A stretch of DNA of 40,415 nucleotides from a virus. Lineage: Duplodnaviria > Caudoviricetes. Under the pieces are notes generated by a model, which saw only the letters and a list, made by a program, of their open reading frames with translations, was not told where the DNA came from and searched no databases. Made by a program: the position numbers and the translations under genes. Below, one piece after another: positions 1-8,100 of the stretch (the stretch's first letter is position 1; the number at the start of each line of letters is the position of its first letter). The stretch lies in the IMG/VR virus record IMGVR_UViG_3300038520_001754, positions 1-40,415 of that record; one strand, given 5' to 3'.

Positions 1-809
1 GCTCGCGTGGACTCAGTAAGTTTCTTAACGAGTTCAGCAAAATCTCCCAGCATTGGCGTGATGACAGATACCGCCAGTTCGTCGAGAGCGGCACTTAATG
101 CCTTTGATTGGTTAGCAAAACTGTCGGCTGTTCTGGCGGCATCTCCATGAGCGTCCGATGTTCCGTTGAGTATGAGGTTTAGACGGGCTTGAACCTTTTC
201 GGCATTGCTGGCTTGCTGAGTCGTTTTCTGTATCCCCATGCGATACAGTTCAGCTTGCAAAGTGCCTTCAGTGATGACGATACCAAAACGTCGTACCGTC
301 TCATGATTTCCAACCAAAGCCGATTGGAAAGCTTGCATCGTCTCTGTGTCAGATGCGTTGTTGAATGAGGCGACGTCTGTAGCAAGCTTTGTGAGTTGCA
401 CAGAAAGCTTAGACGCCTCACCCCTCGCAAAACCCAACGGCACGAAAGTGTCTTGAACACTTGCGGCCATTTCCTCAAGCTGGAATCTTGAACGGCCTAC
501 CTCTTCACCGAATGATGCTAACTCTGTCCTGACGCCATCAGCAAATCGTCCAAAGACAACCCCTGACTTGGCTTGCATTTCTTCAACATGAGATGCGAAA
601 TTGACTAGCTCTAACCCGGCTCGCCCTACTTGCTGGACAATGACCGCGCCCAGAGCGAGTTTGGCAAATCCGGCTATCTTTCGGAATGCGCCCTCAGAAC
701 GTTTTTGTGATTGGTCGAGTCGGCGCTCAAACTTTTTGAGTTCTTTGTTTATCCCGTCTAAGTCAGCATCAATGCGGACGAGTAGGGTATCAATAGTTTG
801 TGCCGCCAT
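1..809 (-). CDS. Tail tape measure protein, N-terminal part (runs off the left edge)
   Basis: Not in the ORF track. Open frame read from ATG at 809 (TAATG overlap): MAAQTIDTLLVRIDADLDGINKELKKFERRL...LTKLATDVASFNN...AFQSALVGNHETVRRFGIVI. Typical TMP N-terminus, directly after the tail chaperones. Confidence 0.9.
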   Translation of the reverse strand, partial: MAAQTIDTLLVRIDADLDGINKELKKFERRLDQSQKRSEGAFRKIAGFAKLALGAVIVQQVGRAGLELVNFASHVEEMQAKSGVVFGRFADGVRTELASFGEEVGRSRFQLEEMAASVQDTFVPLGFARGEASKLSVQLTKLATDVASFNNASDTETMQAFQSALVGNHETVRRFGIVITEGTLQAELYRMGIQKTTQQASNAEKVQARLNLILNGTSDAHGDAARTADSFANQSKALSAALDELAVSVITPMLGDFAELVKKLTESTR

Positions 810-1033
810 TAGTCTGGATACCTCTCCATCAAATCGTTCAATTCATTCCTTGACAGTGGTGAGGGTCGTCCACCAGAATGAAAATCTGAGAAACCATCTA
901 GTGCGGCGTAAAATTCATAAAGACTCATTTCCCAAAAAGTATTTGGACTCATGCCCATTTTCCCTAGCGCTATCGTCATAAAATCGCGCCATGGGATGGA
1001 GTCTACGCCAGTTCCCCCTCCTCTAAGTTTCCC
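809..1033 (-). CDS. Tail assembly chaperone C-terminal (gpT-like) frame, reached by -1 frameshift
   Basis: -1 frame open from slippery GGGAAAC (1033-1027) to TAA at 809: ...IPWRDFMTIALGKMGMSPNTFWEMSLYEFYAAL...LNDLMERYPD. Resembles GTA-type chaperone C-termini. Internal ATG at 979. Confidence 0.8.
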   Translation of the reverse strand, partial: GKLRGGGTGVDSIPWRDFMTIALGKMGMSPNTFWEMSLYEFYAALDGFSDFHSGGRPSPLSRNELNDLMERYPD

Positions 1034-1350
1034 TCGTCTTGCCCCGCAGTCAGAGCTTGAACAAGCACTTTTGCCACCTCTCTCATCGCATCTGATAGAC
1101 CGCTTTCCCAGACCATCTTTGCTATTTCCTTTTCACTGACATCATTGCCACCTCCCCTAATAATGGGAGTAAGTACGGCAATCGTGTGCTGAGTTGTTAG
1201 TTCCCCCTCAGCTAATTGCCGTACTGCCTTGACAATGCTCATACCGATAGCTGTCTCTATCCGCATGATGATGTCGAGTGTCATTTTACCCTGAAGCTCA
1301 TTAGTCCCCAGAGTTATCGTCACTTCCCCTCGCTTTGGATTTGCCGCCAT
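1003..1350 (-). CDS. Tail assembly chaperone (gpG-like, GTA-gp10-like)
   Basis: MAANPKRGEVTITLG start, position between tail tube and TMP, slippery site near the 3' end, AGGAGG RBS. Confidence 0.85.
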   Translation of the reverse strand: MAANPKRGEVTITLGTNELQGKMTLDIIMRIETAIGMSIVKAVRQLAEGELTTQHTIAVLTPIIRGGGNDVSEKEIAKMVWESGLSDAMREVAKVLVQALTAGQDEGNLEEGELA

Positions 1351-1567
1351 TCTTAACCTCCTTGGCTTCTACCAGAATTGTTTCGCCCCTCTGGGCAAGG
1401 TCAACAACCTTATCGGCTGTGTAGGACTTTTTCCCTACATTGAAAACGTCGCCCGGACTCAAGCCAGTCGCGTACGGCATACTAAACGTTTGGGGGTCTT
1501 TGTTGTTAGCAGAGTGGGCCAGAAACTCTGACCCACCAAACTCAACTGTCACCTGATTCCAAGACAT
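1301..1567 (-). CDS. Hypothetical tail-region protein (88 aa)
   Basis: ORF with RBS directly after the major tail gene; overlaps the next gene by 50 nt; no motif recognised. Confidence 0.65.
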   Translation of the reverse strand: MSWNQVTVEFGGSEFLAHSANNKDPQTFSMPYATGLSPGDVFNVGKKSYTADKVVDLAQRGETILVEAKEVKNGGKSKARGSDDNSGD

Positions 1568-1577
1568 GGCTCATTCC

Positions 1578-1991
1578 TTAGACCGATGCAAAGGTAATTG
1601 TGCCAGATGATTCAAGTGTCACCGAATACGTTACCTCACCGTTGTGTTCCCCGGCATACTCTAAACTCGCCACCATGAACGCCCCGGTGTACGTTCCGAA
1701 ATCTGGAATGATTACCTGATAGTTTGTAAACGTCGAATTGCCAAAGTCTGCCCTCAACGTTCCCTCAGACGCCGCATCCGTGAAAACTCCTGAGCCACTA
1801 ATGCTCAAGGTTTGTATTCCACCATTGGCTAACAGTTCTCTAACGTTTGAACTGTCTTTTGTTGTAACATCAACCGCCTCATCATTTAGGCTAATAGATG
1901 TTGAGCGCAGACCGCCTACTGTTGTAAAGCCTTCCGGGTTGTTCCCGTCGCCAATCTTCAAAAGCAGACTTGAACCTTTCTGTGCCGCCAT
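1578..1991 (-). CDS. Major tail tube protein (TP901-1/GTA family)
   Basis: MAAQKGSSLLLKIGDG...GLRSTSISLN..VDVT...RELL..GG...SISGSGVF...PDFG.Y.G.F....LEYAGEHNGEVTYSVTLESSG signature. Confidence 0.93.
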   Translation of the reverse strand: MAAQKGSSLLLKIGDGNNPEGFTTVGGLRSTSISLNDEAVDVTTKDSSNVRELLANGGIQTLSISGSGVFTDAASEGTLRADFGNSTFTNYQVIIPDFGTYTGAFMVASLEYAGEHNGEVTYSVTLESSGTITFASV

Positions 1992-2002
1992 GTTTTTCTC
2001 CT

Positions 2003-2410
2003 TTAGTTATCAAACACTACGGCACGAAATCGGATGACACCATGCCTAGTTATTCCATCATTCTCCATCAGGGTCGTCTGAAACTCCTGTCTCAGATTTA
2101 CCAGTGAAGCTCCACTCACAGTTATATCACTGTCATGCAAAGTCGTATATACTTGTTCCATCAATAATTTAATCTCTTTTCTTCCTCTATACCTTGACCA
2201 AACGTGAAGCGTCAAGGTATGTTCTACTGCGTCTTTATCCTTCGTGCCGGAATTGATAGCTGTTTCCTCCCCTATCACGACGTAAGGATAGGGCGCACCC
2301 TCAGGCACATCGTCGTAAACGTTCACGCTCCCGGCGCTGACATCCGTCAAAGATGCTCCTGACAATGTGCTAAATATTGCTTTCTGTAGTTCAAAAGAAT
2401 GAACTGCCAT
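2003..2410 (-). CDS. Tail terminator/completion protein (DUF3168-like)
   Basis: LQKAIF..L, VYDDVP..APYPYVVIG, LTLHVWSR..G, TRHGVIRFRA motifs; synteny. Confidence 0.88.
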   Translation of the reverse strand: MAVHSFELQKAIFSTLSGASLTDVSAGSVNVYDDVPEGAPYPYVVIGEETAINSGTKDKDAVEHTLTLHVWSRYRGRKEIKLLMEQVYTTLHDSDITVSGASLVNLRQEFQTTLMENDGITRHGVIRFRAVVFDN

Positions 2411-2835
2411 TAGCTACTCCCTCCAACATTCTTAGCCAATCGCCTGATTTTGGGTCTTGCCTCCTCTAGCGCTGGTTGTAAGAATGGTCGTTCAGCCATC
2501 TTCGACGTCCCAAACTCTAAGAAAGATGAGTACTCAGCGGTGCTTTCGACGTCGGCCCCAAGTCCATCAGGGTCAATCTTGAATTGTAGATGGCTCGCCA
2601 GATATCCAGTATCAGTAGCTGGCGCTTCACCGGGAGCAGATTGGGTGTGGACTCGTCTGGGTTTGTACTTCTGAACTGTGTCTCCAGATTTTTTGCCCCG
2701 TTGCAAACTCATCAAAGCGTTATTGAACGTAATCAACGCCGCATTCTTGACCAGAGTTTTCATTTCAGAATTGTACTGCCTGACTTTCCTGTCATACGCT
2801 TGTTTGCGGATTACCTTGACCGTCGCCCTCGTCAT
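2410..2835 (-). CDS. HK97 gp10-like tail/neck protein
   Basis: SAPGEAPATDTGYL, YSSFLEFGTSKMAERPFLQPA motifs. Confidence 0.88.
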   Translation of the reverse strand: MTRATVKVIRKQAYDRKVRQYNSEMKTLVKNAALITFNNALMSLQRGKKSGDTVQKYKPRRVHTQSAPGEAPATDTGYLASHLQFKIDPDGLGADVESTAEYSSFLEFGTSKMAERPFLQPALEEARPKIRRLAKNVGGSS

Positions 2836-3191
2836 GTTGCCACCCCCTCTTCGCAGAGGATGTCGCTGTACTTATCAGCCGTGTCTCTGTTGATAACTCG
2901 TTTGACGTTGAATATACGGGTGTGCTTTTTATTGTCTCTAAAAAATTCATAAACCAGCCGGTTTTTGTGTGAGATATCTCGCCGGAATCTTATGGTAATA
3001 AGATGAGTAATTCTCTCTTCCAGTTGGTCACCAAATAATCTTTCAGCCCCGGTCTGAGGTTGTATAAAGCCAAAGACTGTAACGCTGTCCGTCCAAGTCA
3101 CATTTTCGGAACCACCGCCATCAGCCGTTCTCGTTTGATACTGTATCTTCAAACGTTGGCGCATTTTTCCCAAAGTGGACTTGACGGCCAT
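2832..3191 (-). CDS. Head closure / head-tail joining protein (SPP1 gp16-like)
   Basis: GKMRQRLKIQ...DGGG...W, THLITIRFRRDI, LCEEG; synteny. Confidence 0.88.
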   Translation of the reverse strand: MAVKSTLGKMRQRLKIQYQTRTADGGGSENVTWTDSVTVFGFIQPQTGAERLFGDQLEERITHLITIRFRRDISHKNRLVYEFFRDNKKHTRIFNVKRVINRDTADKYSDILCEEGVAT

Positions 3192-3865
3192 TATCTAATC
3201 CCCGTTCTGTATTGAGGCATGTAAGGCGTCGTGCTAAACCTCAAGGTCGTGTAAGGCTGTAGCAAAGTTTGAATTATCACTGGTGGTTTCGGTGGTGGGA
3301 ATCTCTCAAATTCTCCGCGATGCTCATACAAAAAAGCTATGTATTGAAGCACCGCTACACGTATCGACTCCGGGACGTCTGTAGCGAAATCGCCGTATCC
3401 GGCTGTGTAGGTTATTTCTATTCCATTCGCTTTTCTAAGATTCGTTGGGAATGACTGCCCATCTCTGAGAACAACCCTTGCTGGTTCTCTGACCGTGTCC
3501 ACATAATAAGCAGTAGAGGGCCATGTGGTCTGAATATCCTCGTTATTGTAATACTTGATATCTTGCACAGCGATAGCTGGAGCCACAGGCAGTTCTATGT
3601 AGTTCCTGTAATGGGTGACATAGGGCGCTGTCCTCATGCCCTCCCAGAGAGGCGTATCAACCTCTGAAGCGCCATCAACAGAAAATCTAAGAGTGCGCTT
3701 GATAAACGCTTTGTTTGTGAAGTTCTCTGCGAATTGAGTAGCCGCAACAACAAACTGCTTCACAAAATTATCATCCACTTGGTCATCGAGTCTTAGGTAA
3801 TTTTTTGCCTCACTCAATGAAACTGGAAAATCTTGTGCTTCTGTGACTACTTCTATGCCTGACAT
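3191..3865 (-). CDS. Head-tail connector/adaptor (gp6/gp15-like, long form)
   Basis: PVSLSEAKNYLRLD...DD, ITYTAGYG...VPESIRVAVLQYIAFLYEHRG, LLQPY. Confidence 0.88.
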   Translation of the reverse strand: MSGIEVVTEAQDFPVSLSEAKNYLRLDDQVDDNFVKQFVVAATQFAENFTNKAFIKRTLRFSVDGASEVDTPLWEGMRTAPYVTHYRNYIELPVAPAIAVQDIKYYNNEDIQTTWPSTAYYVDTVREPARVVLRDGQSFPTNLRKANGIEITYTAGYGDFATDVPESIRVAVLQYIAFLYEHRGEFERFPPPKPPVIIQTLLQPYTTLRFSTTPYMPQYRTGIR

Positions 3866-3866
3866 T

Positions 3867-4256
3867 TTATGGCTCCTTTGGGAATGTGACGCCAGTTAAT
3901 GCCCCGTCTGCCCCAATCGTGGCGTCGGGTGAATTTTTAGGCAAATCTCGTAGCGCCTGTCTATATTCCTTTTCCTTATCACTCATTGTCCTATCTGAAA
4001 CCGCCATCCAATCCGTCGCGGCAAGCAAGTGGTTTCGTATATCTCTGAGTTGCTCCATCGCTTCAAATGTTTTCATTTCTTCAAGAAATGGTTTGAACTC
4101 TGACCAAGTACACTGCTTATCTGTAACGGGTTTCCAATCAGTGCCGTCAAACCAAAAAGCTAATTTGTAAAACGTTTCGGCAGATGTCGGGATGCCGTCA
4201 AGACGAGCAGATTTAGCGTCGTCAATAAGGTCCACCAATTTCTCGTGCATCTTCAT
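3867..4256 (-). CDS. Fibre assembly chaperone-like protein
   Basis: LRDIRNHLLAATDWMAVSD...YRQALRDLP motif typical of fibre chaperones; follows a fibre gene. Confidence 0.8.
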   Translation of the reverse strand: MKMHEKLVDLIDDAKSARLDGIPTSAETFYKLAFWFDGTDWKPVTDKQCTWSEFKPFLEEMKTFEAMEQLRDIRNHLLAATDWMAVSDRTMSDKEKEYRQALRDLPKNSPDATIGADGALTGVTFPKEP

Positions 4257-4257
4257 A

Positions 4258-5118
4258 TTATGTTCCTAAGAATATCTGGGTTGGGTCTTCTGGCATGATT
4301 TCATAAATATAAAGGTTGGTGACTCCGGGTGAGTACACCGCGCTAACGCCTCTGTTGTGATAGTATGTGGCTGACCCGCTTGTCCCGCCATACCCCGCAT
4401 ATATTTGAAACCTCTGGTCAGCTATGGAATTTGGATGATACAAAAATGGCATAAAATTATTTTGCATCGTGGAAGAATGATTAGAATCATAGGAACCTAT
4501 GCCTATCATCTGTCTGGGATAGGCCGCAGAAGCGCCACTAGACGTCCCTAAGTTAGCTGTCACCTTAGTGCCATTGACGTAAGCGTAATAACCGAATTGA
4601 TGCGTGGTTTCTGTGATTGTGTAGAACTGGAGTAGAAAGTGACTCTTTGTGCTTCTTGGGTAGAGCGTCACATCCATTCCCGGCACTTGCACTTCGTTGT
4701 TGTAACCCACCGTAAAAGTAGTGTTAGAGGTGTCTTTAAGCATCGCTACGAGGTTGTTGTTAGCAAAGCCAGCCCAAAGCCCAACAAAATTGCGAGCACG
4801 GTAGTAGCCCTCGTATGAGCCTGTATCCTCGTTGAATCGAATAGAACCGATAGATGGGACTCTTCTGGTTGTTCTTGCTACTGTAGAACCGGAAGGTAGC
4901 GTGATGTGTGATACATTGTCCGCACTCGTCCTCGTTCCAAAGTCTGGATTATTTGAGCCAGAGCCGTGTTCGTTTATCAGCATATCACCACCAGCCGCAG
5001 AGCCATCATGCGCTCTGACGGTGTCTAAGGTAGTGTCATAGGTAAGCTCACCCTCGACGCCTGTGAATGCGTCATTCGCTGTTTCGTTGCCTCGTTTGAG
5101 CCTGAGAGTTGATGCCAT
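4258..5118 (-). CDS. Fibre/receptor-binding protein with Mtd_N-like N-terminus
   Basis: LRLKRG...FTGVEGELTYDTTLDTVRAHDG...GG N-terminus; GSIRFNEDTGSYEGY; beta-rich C-terminal domain. Confidence 0.72.
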   Translation of the reverse strand: MASTLRLKRGNETANDAFTGVEGELTYDTTLDTVRAHDGSAAGGDMLINEHGSGSNNPDFGTRTSADNVSHITLPSGSTVARTTRRVPSIGSIRFNEDTGSYEGYYRARNFVGLWAGFANNNLVAMLKDTSNTTFTVGYNNEVQVPGMDVTLYPRSTKSHFLLQFYTITETTHQFGYYAYVNGTKVTANLGTSSGASAAYPRQMIGIGSYDSNHSSTMQNNFMPFLYHPNSIADQRFQIYAGYGGTSGSATYYHNRGVSAVYSPGVTNLYIYEIMPEDPTQIFLGT

Positions 5119-5127
5119 GTATTTCTC

Positions 5128-8100
5128 CTATGCCTGAGACTCAGCCCAAGATATTCTGGCTGAGGCTTGGAATTGGTTTGTTGCGCTGACGCCACTTGAG
5201 TTTAGTACCTTGACAGCTATCGTCAGAAGGTCAGGCCCATTCGGATACACGCCATCCCCTCCTAAGATACTGTTGCCAAGGTCAATGATTTCTCCAAGCT
5301 CAAAGTTGGAGGTGTTAGAGGTGTTTTGCCCCGCGCTGTCTTCCGTCCCTCCCGACGCTCTGAACTGGAACAAGTTGGAACCGCCGAATATCTCTTGGCC
5401 TATCTCATGTTTGATAGTCTGACAAAGGGATGGTGATTGTACATTCTCAAAGGCTGTTGTGCTGAGGTCGCTGTTCAGAATCATTGAAACCTCACAGTCA
5501 TGAGTCAAGACCACACCAACCGTGTTCAGCTTCAATTGCATACGATTGATGATGTCTCTCTGTCCTAGCGCTCCAGACAAGCCTCCATCCACTGATGGAG
5601 CAAGACGAATAGATATGAGCGGTATGAGAGCCGTTCCCAAATCGACGTCTGTTGTACCGGCTGTGCTTGCTCCCAAGCTGACAGATGTCCCTTGCGGGAC
5701 TGATGGGTACAGATTTTGATTCGGTTGGTAGAAAGAACTGAGAATGTAGATTCTGGCTATGATACGAGGTGTGCCAGCAATTTTCTTGTATTGTGTCGAG
5801 TGTATTACCTGACCTGTCAACTCACCTCCTGATGTGAACATGGGCGTACCAGTTATGAGCTTTGAGGCATCCGTTGTGGCAAACGGGATGTTCACAAACC
5901 AATTGTATACTCTAGTCTGATAGTCGTATTCAAAGTTCAGGAATGACGCTTCAGTCGTTGTAGCAGTAACCAGCAATCCGTTTGAGAACGTGAGGGTATT
6001 GGAGTTGGACGTAAACAGGTAAGCTTTGTCATCATCAAACGTGCCGTCCATTATCACAGATGTTCCCCAGTGGAAAAGAGCCGGGTAATATTCTGGAGCC
6101 GTCGTCGTACCAACCTCGTATCTAGCTGGCAAGTTTCCTGACCTGAAATATGATTCCTTCAGTTTGTTGTTGTGAATGAACTCGTGCGTGTAGATGACTT
6201 TGCCATCATTTCCTTTCCAACCGAATCTGATTTTACCAGCGCCGTACCAAGCGTAATCCATGTAGGCCATTTGTATTTTTTTGAGGTCGAGATTGAAACC
6301 GCTCTCGCCGTTTCCGTCACACGGGTCGATGCTCCAGTTTTCTTGTCTGACTTTCGTATCTATTGTCTTTGTGATGATAACGCCTGTTCCTGTGACCCCT
6401 CGATATGCTGGAGCAATGTCTATTTTGTTGGCCCCGTCTACATAGGTGACTTTGTAGCTTTGACCGCGAATGACAATCATATCCCCGGCTGTCAACTGTC
6501 TGTCGCAAGATGTGTTCGTGCCTTCGACTCTGTGGCTTCTATTTGTTACGGCAAACGTCCCACTCAACTGTTGCGTTGAGCTTCGCCTGACGCAATAAAT
6601 GTACTGTCCGTCATATTCATAAAAGAACCCATTCTGCTCATCGAACATACCACCGCGCACATAACTATCGCTGTAGGTGTTTATGTAAACATCCGGGAAG
6701 CCATTTGGTTTAGCGCTCAAAGAGCTACTAGCTGTGTAGGTAAATCTGAATTCATCCGGGACTGTAGCAACGGTGAAAGTGCCGTTGAAATTAGCATCTT
6801 CTGAGTTCACAACCTCTATGCTGTTTCCAACCTTCAATCTATGTGGATATCGTGTGCGTGCGGTCGCTGTGGTTCCATTGCCGGTTAAATTCTCTAACTG
6901 AACCGGCGGGTTAAAGTTCATCGCGTAACTTGTCTGGATACCTTTACCAGATTGATATCTGAAATACTTTCTTGTCTGTCGGACGAGACTTGAGTTGGGT
7001 GATGTGCCGGTCTGGATGGCGACACCTCCATCAAACGGCTTATGCTGGAACAAGCCATTAGGACGCACATACAATTCTGTCTTACGGAATACCTTTGACG
7101 TTGTGGACGTAAAGTTCAGAGGTGATGTCAGTTCAATTTTACCATCCGTTGGGATAATCTTGACCTCTGACTCCACAAGTGTGGCTGGGCTTGTGGTCGT
7201 GTTTTTGATAATAATAGTATCGCCTGTTTTCCAATATCTTTTGAACAGGCTGTCCACATCTCCGGTGATGATAGCGCTTCCGGCTTCTGTTGTGATGACA
7301 CCGGCTTGCGGGGTCATACCAGTAACCGAATTGATAGTGATTGTATGGTTCCCGGTACCAGTGTTAAGAAAATCAATAGCTGAACCGGCAAGAGCATCAG
7401 CCGATGATGACGCGACTCTAAGCAAATCCTCATTGACCACAATCGCGTAATACGTGTTACCACTGTTCAGACCATTTATCTTTTGTGAAGCTGTGTAGAC
7501 AAATGGCATACCGGTGACAAGACCATGCCCCGTTGCCTCAATTGTATTTTGAGTTGCATCAACATCAGAGCTTGGAAATACTATTGACCGGGGATTGGAT
7601 GCAAATGGCAACTGCAATCGGTAGCTTTGCACCGTTGGGGAATCATGAATTGGATATGTGCCGTCCAATTCTCCATAGCTCGTTCCTGTAGCGGAAATTG
7701 AACCAAATGTAATGTCAGGCGTTCCACTATTTTGGAAGTCAAAAGGCAGTTGAGTTGATGTGTCAAATATTGAGAACCGGTTGTTATTAATCACAGTGAC
7801 CCCGACTGTGTCGCCGGATGACAAGGTCGGATAAGTAAAGTTTGCGGCAAACGCATCAACAATCCCATACACAAGGTTCTGGGCGTCCGTTGCAGAGAAA
7901 GTAGCTCCAGCCGGGACTTGCATCTGGAAAACCCCGTTGTACCAGCAAGCTGAATACGTCGGCATAGCTTGATACAGGTAACCATAGCTTGAATAACTAG
8001 CCACGCTGACGCTTGAACTAGGAGTTTGGTTTGTGTTCACCGCCCAAGCGTCTTTCCATATAGCAAGTGTGACTGCGATACCGCCTGAGTGATTTGAATC

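Noticed and set aside
4258-5118. Diversity-generating retroelement suggested by the Mtd_N-like fibre
   Set aside because: No reverse transcriptase and no TR/VR repeat pair with adenine-specific mismatches seen in the window.
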